Positions 23,370-30,710 of a stretch of DNA of 30,710 bases are shown here, one piece after another. The position numbers and the translations under genes were made by a program. Below the pieces are notes generated by a model. The model did no database searches, was not told the DNA's origin, and saw nothing but the letters and a program-made list of their open reading frames with translations. Position 1 is the first letter of the stretch, and the number at the start of each line of letters is the position of its first letter. The DNA is taken from positions 1 through 30,710 of IMG/VR virus record IMGVR_UViG_3300012665_000488. One strand, written 5' to 3'. This stretch comes from a virus (Duplodnaviria; Caudoviricetes).

Positions 23370-25454
23370 CTATAAATATGATTGATCAATAATCTTTTGT
23401 CTCGCTTCTAATGCATTGGCTACATTGCCTGCTAACACATAAGTCTCAACAGTACCTGGGCCATTAGGATTAAACTGCCCTCCGCTGAAGTCAATAGCCG
23501 GAGCATTGGATTGAGTAGTGCTATCAGGATTGCCTGTTTGATTCATTGAGGTATCAGGAGTTGTTCCACCGAATTGAGTCTTGGCAATCTTAGCTACATT
23601 GGCAAATCCCATTACACCCACCGCAACAGCTTGAGCTATCTTAACAGAAGTTGGAACAGTCTCAGGTGAATTAAGCGCTTTAACTATAGCTGCATAAGTA
23701 TCTACTAAAGACATTGCTATATTAAGCGCTTTGTTAGTATTGAATTGTCTCTTAGCTGTCTTCTCAGTTCGTGCAGTGAAGCTCTCGTTGAGTGCAGTTA
23801 AAGCTTGCAATCCTTGAGATACAGTATCTATTCTTAATTGAGCTTCTGCATCAGCATATTTTTTAGTTATGGCTAACTCTTCCTTAGCTTGCTTATCTTT
23901 TAAAGCTTGTGCGTTTTGGCCGTAGTATTCAGCCTCAGTGATAAGTTGAAAATAATGCTCTCTAAGTGTTTTTAATTCTAAGTCTTGAGCAGATAATCCA
24001 GCCTCATAAATACCTTCTTGAATAGTCTCAATTAAAGTACCTTCATCAGCCATAGCTTGAGCATAAGCATCATTATAAGCCTTTTGCTTCTCAAGATTTT
24101 TCTTGTTTTTAGCATCTTCTAAATCAGCCTCTCTTTGATTCTGCGCTGTAAATAATTCTATTAAAGAATTGTTGTACCACTCTTCTACTAATTTTAAAGA
24201 AGCTTTATTTTTTTTAGCCTCTTCTAACTTTTTAGTGTACTGCTGTCTGAGCATTTCTATTTCAAACTCATCTTGTGTAACAGTAGTCTTTAAAATCTCG
24301 TTACGTAGTTGTAATTCAAAATCTCTTCTTGCATCTATTATAGCTTTTTGAGCATCTGCATAAGCCTTATCTACAGTTGCGTTACTCTTCTCAATTGCAC
24401 CTAATAATCTTTTTTCATTATCTTCATAAACGCTAATATCAAATGCATTACCTACTCCACTTAAAGATAAAGTAGTATCAGCTCTTAACTGAGATAGTTT
24501 AGCTCTTGTTTCTTCTAAGGCACTATTGTATTTTTTAGCAGCCTCTATTTTTTCTTGCTCTTTCTTTGAATTATCATTAGTTAATGCAGAAGCATCTTTA
24601 ATAATATTGTAATAGTCAGCTATGTGCTGCGTTTGCTCTTGTAATTGCTGTGCTTGTAATTGCCCTCTTTTTAATCTTGCTTCATCTGCTGCTGCTGCAT
24701 CGTTTTTTAGAAGAGCAATTTTCATTTGAATTTTCTGCTGATCTATTTCATTTTCTAATAATTGTTGGGATAACAAATATTGCTGATATAAAGAATCTCC
24801 ATAAGCTTTTGCAGATGCTATTTTATTTTTAATAGCTGCATTTTGAGACTGTAATGCGCCTAATTCTTTTTGCAAAGAACGAGTCATAGCAGCATCACCA
24901 GTAATTAAATCTTTAAATTCTTTCCAATAAGAAATCAAACCTATAATTAATGGTACTAAAAGAAAAATAGGATTTTGTAAAATCACTCTGCCTAAAGTCT
25001 TAAAGCCTTGCACCCCTGCGGATATCATAGCTTTTAATCCACCTGATAAAGCTTTTACATCTATTCGCGCAAGATTACCACTGAATATTTGAATAGATTG
25101 AGTTAATCCTTCAAAGTCTAAGTTACTAAGTTGGTCACCCATGATTCCGAAAGTATTGCTCATACCTTCGATAGCTGGCCCTGTATTTCCTCTAACAGCA
25201 TCGGCTGCATCATTCATCCTATCTTTCAATTCACCCATCTTAATAGATAGCTCATTGAACTTTTCAGTACCTGGATCGTATTGGTCTTGTTCCTTTTTAA
25301 GAATCTTATACTGCTGCGCTAAAGTCTTAGTAGCCTCTTCTACTTTTTGAGTATTCTTATCAGTCTTTTCAAGCTCAGCATTAATCTCTTCTAATCCCTT
25401 AAAAGTTCCATCATCATTAAAGATGAGCTTTAATATCATTTCTTGTGCTGCCAT
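23370..25454 (-). CDS. Tail tape measure protein
   Basis: 694 aa, almost all helical/coiled coil, hydrophobic NPIFLLVPLIIGLI segment, C-terminal ANVAKIAKTQF...TYVLAGNV. Confidence 0.82.
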   Translation of the reverse strand: MAAQEMILKLIFNDDGTFKGLEEINAELEKTDKNTQKVEEATKTLAQQYKILKKEQDQYDPGTEKFNELSIKMGELKDRMNDAADAVRGNTGPAIEGMSNTFGIMGDQLSNLDFEGLTQSIQIFSGNLARIDVKALSGGLKAMISAGVQGFKTLGRVILQNPIFLLVPLIIGLISYWKEFKDLITGDAAMTRSLQKELGALQSQNAAIKNKIASAKAYGDSLYQQYLLSQQLLENEIDQQKIQMKIALLKNDAAAADEARLKRGQLQAQQLQEQTQHIADYYNIIKDASALTNDNSKKEQEKIEAAKKYNSALEETRAKLSQLRADTTLSLSGVGNAFDISVYEDNEKRLLGAIEKSNATVDKAYADAQKAIIDARRDFELQLRNEILKTTVTQDEFEIEMLRQQYTKKLEEAKKNKASLKLVEEWYNNSLIELFTAQNQREADLEDAKNKKNLEKQKAYNDAYAQAMADEGTLIETIQEGIYEAGLSAQDLELKTLREHYFQLITEAEYYGQNAQALKDKQAKEELAITKKYADAEAQLRIDTVSQGLQALTALNESFTARTEKTAKRQFNTNKALNIAMSLVDTYAAIVKALNSPETVPTSVKIAQAVAVGVMGFANVAKIAKTQFGGTTPDTSMNQTGNPDSTTQSNAPAIDFSGGQFNPNGPGTVETYVLAGNVANALEARQKIIDQSYL

Positions 25455-25651
25455 TATGCTATGCTATAAATTGTTAATGCGATTAATCCGATTACTCCTA
25501 ATAGTATAGTGTAATTAATAGCTCTTATTTGCCACACCTTCAGCCTTGCATGGTAGATGCCTGCAGCCTGCTTAAACTCTTTGCTCTTGCCTTGCACTCC
25601 TGAGCGTAGTAAAGTCATACTATAGATAATATCTTCGTAAGGATTTGTCAT
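25454..25651 (-). CDS. Small protein with C-terminal TM segment
   Basis: 65 aa with overlaps to both neighbours. Confidence 0.6.
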   Translation of the reverse strand: MTNPYEDIIYSMTLLRSGVQGKSKEFKQAAGIYHARLKVWQIRAINYTILLGVIGLIALTIYSIA

Positions 25652-28600
25652 ATTATAGGTGTACGTTGGAACTTAGATTGTGTGTATTGAAATGCCGCGC
25701 TGATTACAGCAGTCTTTCCTGTATGCTTGCACTCTACATGGGGTGCTATTTTATTGCTAACTATTGGCAAGTGCAGAGCAAATGTGTTAGATGAAAAGCC
25801 ACTTGTAAATTCATGTATCTTATGTGGTGTAGCTGAGTAGTGTGTTACCTTATCGCGCCATACCATGCAGCTATATTCAACAGCTGCTACCTTGCCTGTG
25901 AAATCAGAAACCCCATAGTCATATTCCATGACTGAGATATACACCTTTAGATTCCATACCGTCTCTGTAGGCATAGTTATGCGCCCATTGTTAATACCAT
26001 CTATGAATAAGTTTACATCCGTTGGATTGCTTACCATATTACCCACACCCATAAGCTGAATAAAGCCATGTTGTGAGCGCCCTGGTATTGTTGTTCCGAA
26101 ATCACTTGTACCATCCCACCACGTACCCCCACCAAAGTGCACCCCTCTTACATCTGCCTCTGCCCATCTGCCCATCACAGTAGTACCTTCTAAGTTAGGT
26201 CTAATGAAGTTACGATAGCCCATTGCTTGGCTGTAGTTATTGTTAGGACTAATGCCATGACCTAAGCCACTAACAAAAATGCGCTCGTTGTTATTCTCAA
26301 TTTCTGCACGAACTACATTACCCATTCCGGTAGCACTCTTTTGATTACCGCTTGTGTTGGTGATATTGCTTCCTGCTGAGTTATTTGGTGAGCCAATTAT
26401 ACCGCCTGTTCCATTCGTTGTGGTAGTAGCGTAGCATCTGCCTTTTACTGTGCTCCAATTATAGCCATAAAACTCGCAGCACTCTTGTGATCCGTAGCTT
26501 GTATCTCCATCGTAATCTAAAAACTCTACTGCTCCTGTGCTTATGTTAATAGTAGATGGTGTGTATTGGCAAAGCGCTCCAATATCAAGTAAGCGAATAA
26601 GCTTGCACTTTGTTACTTGCTCATCTGCTACAATATAATCGGTTAACTCTATTACTCTCCACCATGAATCCTTAACCCAAATCTTATCATTAAACTTTAA
26701 CCCAAATACATCAGTTACTGACAGCTTAAAATAAGCCTCCATTATCTTCTGCTCTGAATCATAAAGCTCAGAAATATACTGCCTCCAATATCTATCGAAT
26801 AGCGTGTGCAGTGGTATTGTTTCTATTGGATGCGGAGGAATCTCCTGCCCGAAGTTTAGGTCAGATGTGCCTATCTCTGTTGGAATGGATGCATAGTGAG
26901 ATAGTAATGGGATGATTGTAAAGCTCGCCTCTTCAGCTACCTCATCGTAAATCATAACTACAGCACTCTCTTCGTTAGCTCTTCGGTAAAGAATGCGCGG
27001 CCCAGGTGTCATAAACTCACCCTTCTCATTGAAGTACTTTGGGATGATGTAGTTAGTGTTAGGAATAAGGTCACAAGGTGAAGCTCCAAAAGTTAATTCA
27101 ACAGTGTAATCACTTGTGCTGAAGTCATTGCCTGGATCAGTTAAGCGAAGCTCACCATAGATGCGCTGCGCTCCTGTCTTGTACTTAGCGTTAAAGAAAT
27201 CTCCCTGCTCTTTATAGCTCCACTTAAGTAAGCGCTTTCTGATATCAGATGCAGGAGTAAGCACGATGTCTTTAGATAGGTCTAACTTACTCGTCCAATC
27301 GTAATCCTCACCGCTACCCAAATACTCCACCATTGGAATAATCTCTACTGCATTAGGCAGATTTGGATTAGGAACTAAGACAGCGTTAAACATCTTGAGA
27401 ATGTCGCGCAAGTAATCTACTTGTTTCATCTCAGGTGCATTGAGTGCTATCTGAACTGGGTAGGCATAGCTTAAGCCACTCACGTAATAAAATGAAGCAA
27501 AGCTATCTGCTTTAATTTCTACGCTTTGAGAGCTTCCCTGATGAGCAAAAATATAAAGTGTGTATACATCTCCCTGCTGCACATCTAACTGAAAATTAGA
27601 ATATACATGAAATGGATTAACAGGAGTAGTAGGCTGCCATCCTATACCTTGCGTATATTGCAAAGATGTAGGGCCTACTCCCATAGATAATGGAAATGGT
27701 ATAAATAATTCAGTTCCACCTCTTACTCTCTTACACATGATATCGTACACGTGCTGAGTATCGGCAGAATATCCTGTAGTATCTACTTCAATAGTTAAGT
27801 CAATTTCAAAAGATGCTTGAAAACTTCCTTGAGCAGTGTAAGCATTAGATGCCCAGCTGTTAGATGGATCACTTATTTCAGTCCATCCTGTAAGCTGTTT
27901 AAAATAATTACTTTGGTCACCTTGAACATTGATATTAAATGCAGTATCAGTAGCAAATTCTACCTTAAACTTCGCCTCGTCATTGCTTAATCCTTCAGTG
28001 CGCGGAGCAGTAATGTAAGGAACATACATTCGAGCAAGCTCTTCATCTAACGTATCTCCACTGTAAGTAAATCCTGCCTCTGTAATAATCTTATTTAAAA
28101 GCCATTTAGCCTGAAGCGCTAAGGTTAATTCACCAGTGTAGATAGGATTAACTGAGCTGAATATTCTTCTGCTGCCTATGGCTGTATCTTCACTCCAATT
28201 CTGCCCTCTATCAGTTAAAGTGTAACAAGCTGCGCCATCAAATAAGGTACTGTCATTTATAGCATTAACATTCTCAAAGCTATTATCATGGTCTAAATCA
28301 GAGTAGTCTAATTCTTTGAGCAGTTTATCTCCAATGCTGCGAGCTAAGTCAACAGTCTCACCAAAAAATGCTATAACAAATTCATGCATCTTACCCTGCT
28401 GAGTAATGGCCTGCTTAAATTGGATATGACCTTCAGCAATGGGTAAAGTGTCTACTGAAAGAGTTGCCTCTATCTTGCGTAGCACATTGATTTGTGTGGT
28501 ATCATCGTTAAGCAGATTAGCATTATACTGCTGCCCGAAGAAATCTACGTTAGCCTTAGTAGCGGGTATTCTAAACTCACGTGAGAAAGCACCCCTGGTA

Positions 28601-28716
28601 GTAAACTCAGAGATGCTATTAAAGTTAGACGAGTAACTAATGCTCTCGTTTTCGTATAAGTCTACTACTACAGCTGCTCCATTAGATGCTACTGTTAGAA
28701 TTACTGTTGGCCTCAT
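25648..28716 (-). CDS. Large tail tip/hub protein
   Basis: 1022 aa; DLYENESI...FSREFRIPATKAN, KQVDYLRDILKMFN, DWTSKLD motifs; Gly/Asn-rich C-terminal region. Confidence 0.75.
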   Translation of the reverse strand: MRPTVILTVASNGAAVVVDLYENESISYSSNFNSISEFTTRGAFSREFRIPATKANVDFFGQQYNANLLNDDTTQINVLRKIEATLSVDTLPIAEGHIQFKQAITQQGKMHEFVIAFFGETVDLARSIGDKLLKELDYSDLDHDNSFENVNAINDSTLFDGAACYTLTDRGQNWSEDTAIGSRRIFSSVNPIYTGELTLALQAKWLLNKIITEAGFTYSGDTLDEELARMYVPYITAPRTEGLSNDEAKFKVEFATDTAFNINVQGDQSNYFKQLTGWTEISDPSNSWASNAYTAQGSFQASFEIDLTIEVDTTGYSADTQHVYDIMCKRVRGGTELFIPFPLSMGVGPTSLQYTQGIGWQPTTPVNPFHVYSNFQLDVQQGDVYTLYIFAHQGSSQSVEIKADSFASFYYVSGLSYAYPVQIALNAPEMKQVDYLRDILKMFNAVLVPNPNLPNAVEIIPMVEYLGSGEDYDWTSKLDLSKDIVLTPASDIRKRLLKWSYKEQGDFFNAKYKTGAQRIYGELRLTDPGNDFSTSDYTVELTFGASPCDLIPNTNYIIPKYFNEKGEFMTPGPRILYRRANEESAVVMIYDEVAEEASFTIIPLLSHYASIPTEIGTSDLNFGQEIPPHPIETIPLHTLFDRYWRQYISELYDSEQKIMEAYFKLSVTDVFGLKFNDKIWVKDSWWRVIELTDYIVADEQVTKCKLIRLLDIGALCQYTPSTINISTGAVEFLDYDGDTSYGSQECCEFYGYNWSTVKGRCYATTTTNGTGGIIGSPNNSAGSNITNTSGNQKSATGMGNVVRAEIENNNERIFVSGLGHGISPNNNYSQAMGYRNFIRPNLEGTTVMGRWAEADVRGVHFGGGTWWDGTSDFGTTIPGRSQHGFIQLMGVGNMVSNPTDVNLFIDGINNGRITMPTETVWNLKVYISVMEYDYGVSDFTGKVAAVEYSCMVWRDKVTHYSATPHKIHEFTSGFSSNTFALHLPIVSNKIAPHVECKHTGKTAVISAAFQYTQSKFQRTPII

Positions 28717-29993
28717 GCGTTATAATCGTTACTAAATTTTAACATTAATTCTAAATCTGTTTTCGCGAAGCTGCGAGTTTTAATAGCCACATAATTGTTA
28801 GACTCAATTACTACTGGTGTAGCTGAGCCATCAGGATTAATCATGTAAACTGATTCGCTGTAGATTAGATTCTTTAAGTATTCAAATTGCCCCTCTGTTA
28901 AGAAGTCTGTGCGTATACGCATCATCTTTTCTACAAATGGACTGCGCTCAGTCATGCCTCGGTCATAAGTGTTAAAATCAAAGGCAGTTGTTTCATCGGC
29001 TGTACCATAGTTACCTACTACCTTTCTATATCTCTTGCGCTCTATTGAGTAATTTTCCTCAGAGCGTTTAGTAAAGTTGAAATAATCCCATCCACCTCTG
29101 CTATTTGTCCATCCTAATCTTATCTTATCGAATCTGCACTCATCTGCTGCCTTGAAGACTGCTATTGATCGTGCACATGCAGTACCTCCACTATTTCTAA
29201 AGTTAATTAGGTAGTGATTCCAAGTAGCTTGCAAGCCGAACGCATCCTCTATGTTACCCGGAAGTAGTGGAAGATGGTTAAGCGTTCCTGCTGCAATTAC
29301 GCAAGCTAAAGTATCAGTTTGAATAGGTGTGCCTGCTGCATTGAATTGCACTATCTGAATATCATCAATTGCATTCCCTGTTAAAGTTGTGCCGTCATCA
29401 GCAGGAATAGTAAGCACTCCATAGTCATCAGCAAAGCCTGTTATGCCAATCGTATTAGCTCCTAAGCTGTACTTAGTTAATACATCATCTAAGGCATAGG
29501 TGCTTCTGACTAAATCACTCATGATGTAGCTTGTACCTGATGTAAGTGCAAAGTGTGTAGCAGGATTAGGATTAAAGCCATCACTAATCTGAAACGCTGC
29601 ATTGATTAATGCGCTGCCGTCTAATGGATATTCAGTAGCCTGCACCTCAAATAAGCCAAGCACCTCATAGCCCTCTTGAATAATTGTGCTAATGCCTAAA
29701 ATATTACGCGATGTAGCAGCATCTTGCACTGTTGTAGATGCGAATAAAGAAGCTACAGCATCAGTGCTATTCACTCCTAAATCCATTGCCTGAGCTACTA
29801 CAGGATTAAGGTCAAATACTAAAGCTCCATTTAGATTTGGCTGCACGTAAAATACATTAGTAGTAGTGCCATTGCTAACAGTTATCACATATCGAAAGCC
29901 AGGCTGTCCTATGTTTGAAGATGTAGCCACCACAATAAGCTTCTGCTTTAGCGCAGTAAAAACGTATGGCTGCTGATGTATTGTTATTGCCAT
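28713..29993 (-). CDS. Tail structural protein (distal tail-like)
   Basis: 426 aa, WTNSRGGWDYFNF and LIYSESVY motifs, upstream of the tip protein. Confidence 0.7.
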   Translation of the reverse strand: MAITIHQQPYVFTALKQKLIVVATSSNIGQPGFRYVITVSNGTTTNVFYVQPNLNGALVFDLNPVVAQAMDLGVNSTDAVASLFASTTVQDAATSRNILGISTIIQEGYEVLGLFEVQATEYPLDGSALINAAFQISDGFNPNPATHFALTSGTSYIMSDLVRSTYALDDVLTKYSLGANTIGITGFADDYGVLTIPADDGTTLTGNAIDDIQIVQFNAAGTPIQTDTLACVIAAGTLNHLPLLPGNIEDAFGLQATWNHYLINFRNSGGTACARSIAVFKAADECRFDKIRLGWTNSRGGWDYFNFTKRSEENYSIERKRYRKVVGNYGTADETTAFDFNTYDRGMTERSPFVEKMMRIRTDFLTEGQFEYLKNLIYSESVYMINPDGSATPVVIESNNYVAIKTRSFAKTDLELMLKFSNDYNA

Positions 29994-29995
29994 TA

Positions 29996-30619
29996 TTAGA
30001 CAGGTTTAATATTAGTTAGTTTTCTCGTTTGATTTAAGATATAGATATAGACCGCATCCCCCATTGCCTCGTTAAATTGAGCAGCGTATTCAGGTAGTGT
30101 CTCAAGATATGCATCTCTAAAATAGTAGAGCGGAGCAATACCTTTCTTTTCAATACTCTTAGCCATTGCATTAGCCACTCTCAAGCGCTGCTTCTCATCT
30201 TTGTTAACTGCGCTCTTAGCGAACTTAGTCATCTTGCCAGTCTCACCCATTGCTCTGAGCTTAATCTTCTTTAGATTCATCCAATTAAGAATAGCATCCA
30301 CAGGAGGCTTAGCTGCTCCTGCTGCAAATCTCTTATCTATGCCTGGGTAATTGCTCTCCTTGCCTTGCCTTCCGTATTCAACCCACTTAGCATAGTCAGC
30401 TGATGAGTCAAAGCCAATAGATGGCAGTGTGCCTGTTACATCTACATCGTAATAGAGCGAAGCTGCAAGCGTGCCTGTAGTGTTAGCTCTGCGCTTCTTG
30501 CCAAATCTCGTTTGCTGGATGCGAATGTTAGAGCGTGCGCGATCAGTAACGGATTCCCCGAAATCTAAAAGCACATCGTATAGCGCTCCCTGTTCAAACA
30601 GCTCAGCAAGTATGCTCAT
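29996..30619 (-). CDS. Putative tail completion/neck protein
   Basis: TGTLAASL, YAKWVEYGR, PPVDAILNW, KGIAP motifs; homologue of 827-1363. Confidence 0.68.
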   Translation of the reverse strand: MSILAELFEQGALYDVLLDFGESVTDRARSNIRIQQTRFGKKRRANTTGTLAASLYYDVDVTGTLPSIGFDSSADYAKWVEYGRQGKESNYPGIDKRFAAGAAKPPVDAILNWMNLKKIKLRAMGETGKMTKFAKSAVNKDEKQRLRVANAMAKSIEKKGIAPLYYFRDAYLETLPEYAAQFNEAMGDAVYIYILNQTRKLTNIKPV

Positions 30620-30710
30620 TCTTTATCAGCTTCCTCTTTTATCTTGTTGAAAAACTGAATCAATGGTAAGCCAAACTTTGTAGGCATCTCTTGAATGAAA
30701 GCATCTAACT
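30616..30710 (-). CDS. 3' part of the small protein gene (second copy of 1356-1481)
   Basis: ...LDAFIQEMPTKFGLPLIQFFNKIKEEADKE*. Confidence 0.8.
   Translation of the reverse strand, partial: LDAFIQEMPTKFGLPLIQFFNKIKEEADKE
30631..30710. repeat. Direct repeat copy 2 (terminal)
   Basis: Matches 1374-1453; exact over the last 55 nt. Confidence 0.95.

Larger units (their letters stand above)
1399..30655 (-). mobile_element. Complete circularly permuted tailed phage genome (~29,257 bp), probable Bacteroidota host
   Basis: Terminase, portal, capsid, tail and lysis genes are all co-oriented; the exact 55-nt overlap 1399-1453 = 30656-30710 closes the circle; Bacteroidota-type promoters present. Confidence 0.88.

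Noticed and set aside
23339-23389. Longer N-terminus of the protease given by the ORF track
   Set aside because: Overlaps the tape measure stop and the late promoter motif; ATG 23338 fits better
492-28636. All plus-strand ORFs in the track (e.g. 492-686, 2919-3302, 16844-17140, 22105-22365)
   Set aside because: Each lies antisense to a well-supported minus-strand gene and has no recognisable motifs; shadow ORFs
29265-29272. TTCCACTA motif inside the 426-aa gene
   Set aside because: Encodes LPL, far from any start codon and lacks the flanking T and A runs
30631-30710. Terminal repeat read as attL/attR or a physical DTR
   Set aside because: Lies within a coding gene, no integrase seen, both flanks are phage genes, and the exact length matches an assembler k-mer
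1-30710. tRNA genes, CRISPR arrays, stop-codon reassignment
   Set aside because: No cloverleaf or spaced repeat array noticed; the standard code gives dense, uninterrupted ORFs

Overview
Nearly the whole window is one apparently complete ~29.3 kb long-tailed (siphovirus-like) phage genome, most likely infecting Bacteroidota/Flavobacteriia (TTTG-N19-TAnnTTTG promoters, A-rich start regions without Shine-Dalgarno). Every credible ORF lies on the minus strand. The last 55 nt (30656-30710) exactly repeat 1399-1453, so 1399-30655 closes into a 29,257-bp circle. Bases 1-1398 are divergent homologues of the genes at 28.7-30.6 kb, probably from a second related phage joined through a shared tail-fibre cassette. 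Recognisable modules are packaging (TerL, TerS, portal), head (XkdF-like protease, scaffold, capsid), tail (tube, frameshifted chaperone, tape measure, tip, fibre), lysis, and a minimal early/replication region (SSB-like, HTHs, DnaA domain IV-like protein, ECF-like sigma). No polymerase, helicase, primase or integrase was recognised. Best candidates for new biology: (1) a ~75-nt plus-strand small RNA (8553-8630) with promoter and terminator, complementary to the start regions of several early genes, beside two tandem DnaA boxes; (2) an A_AAA_AAG slippery site with an immediate -1 stop that could give short and MuF-like-extended portal isoforms; (3) a ~480-bp ORF-free, hairpin-rich island with an attenuator/pseudoknot-like leader. 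Protein calls come from motif recognition by eye, not database searches.
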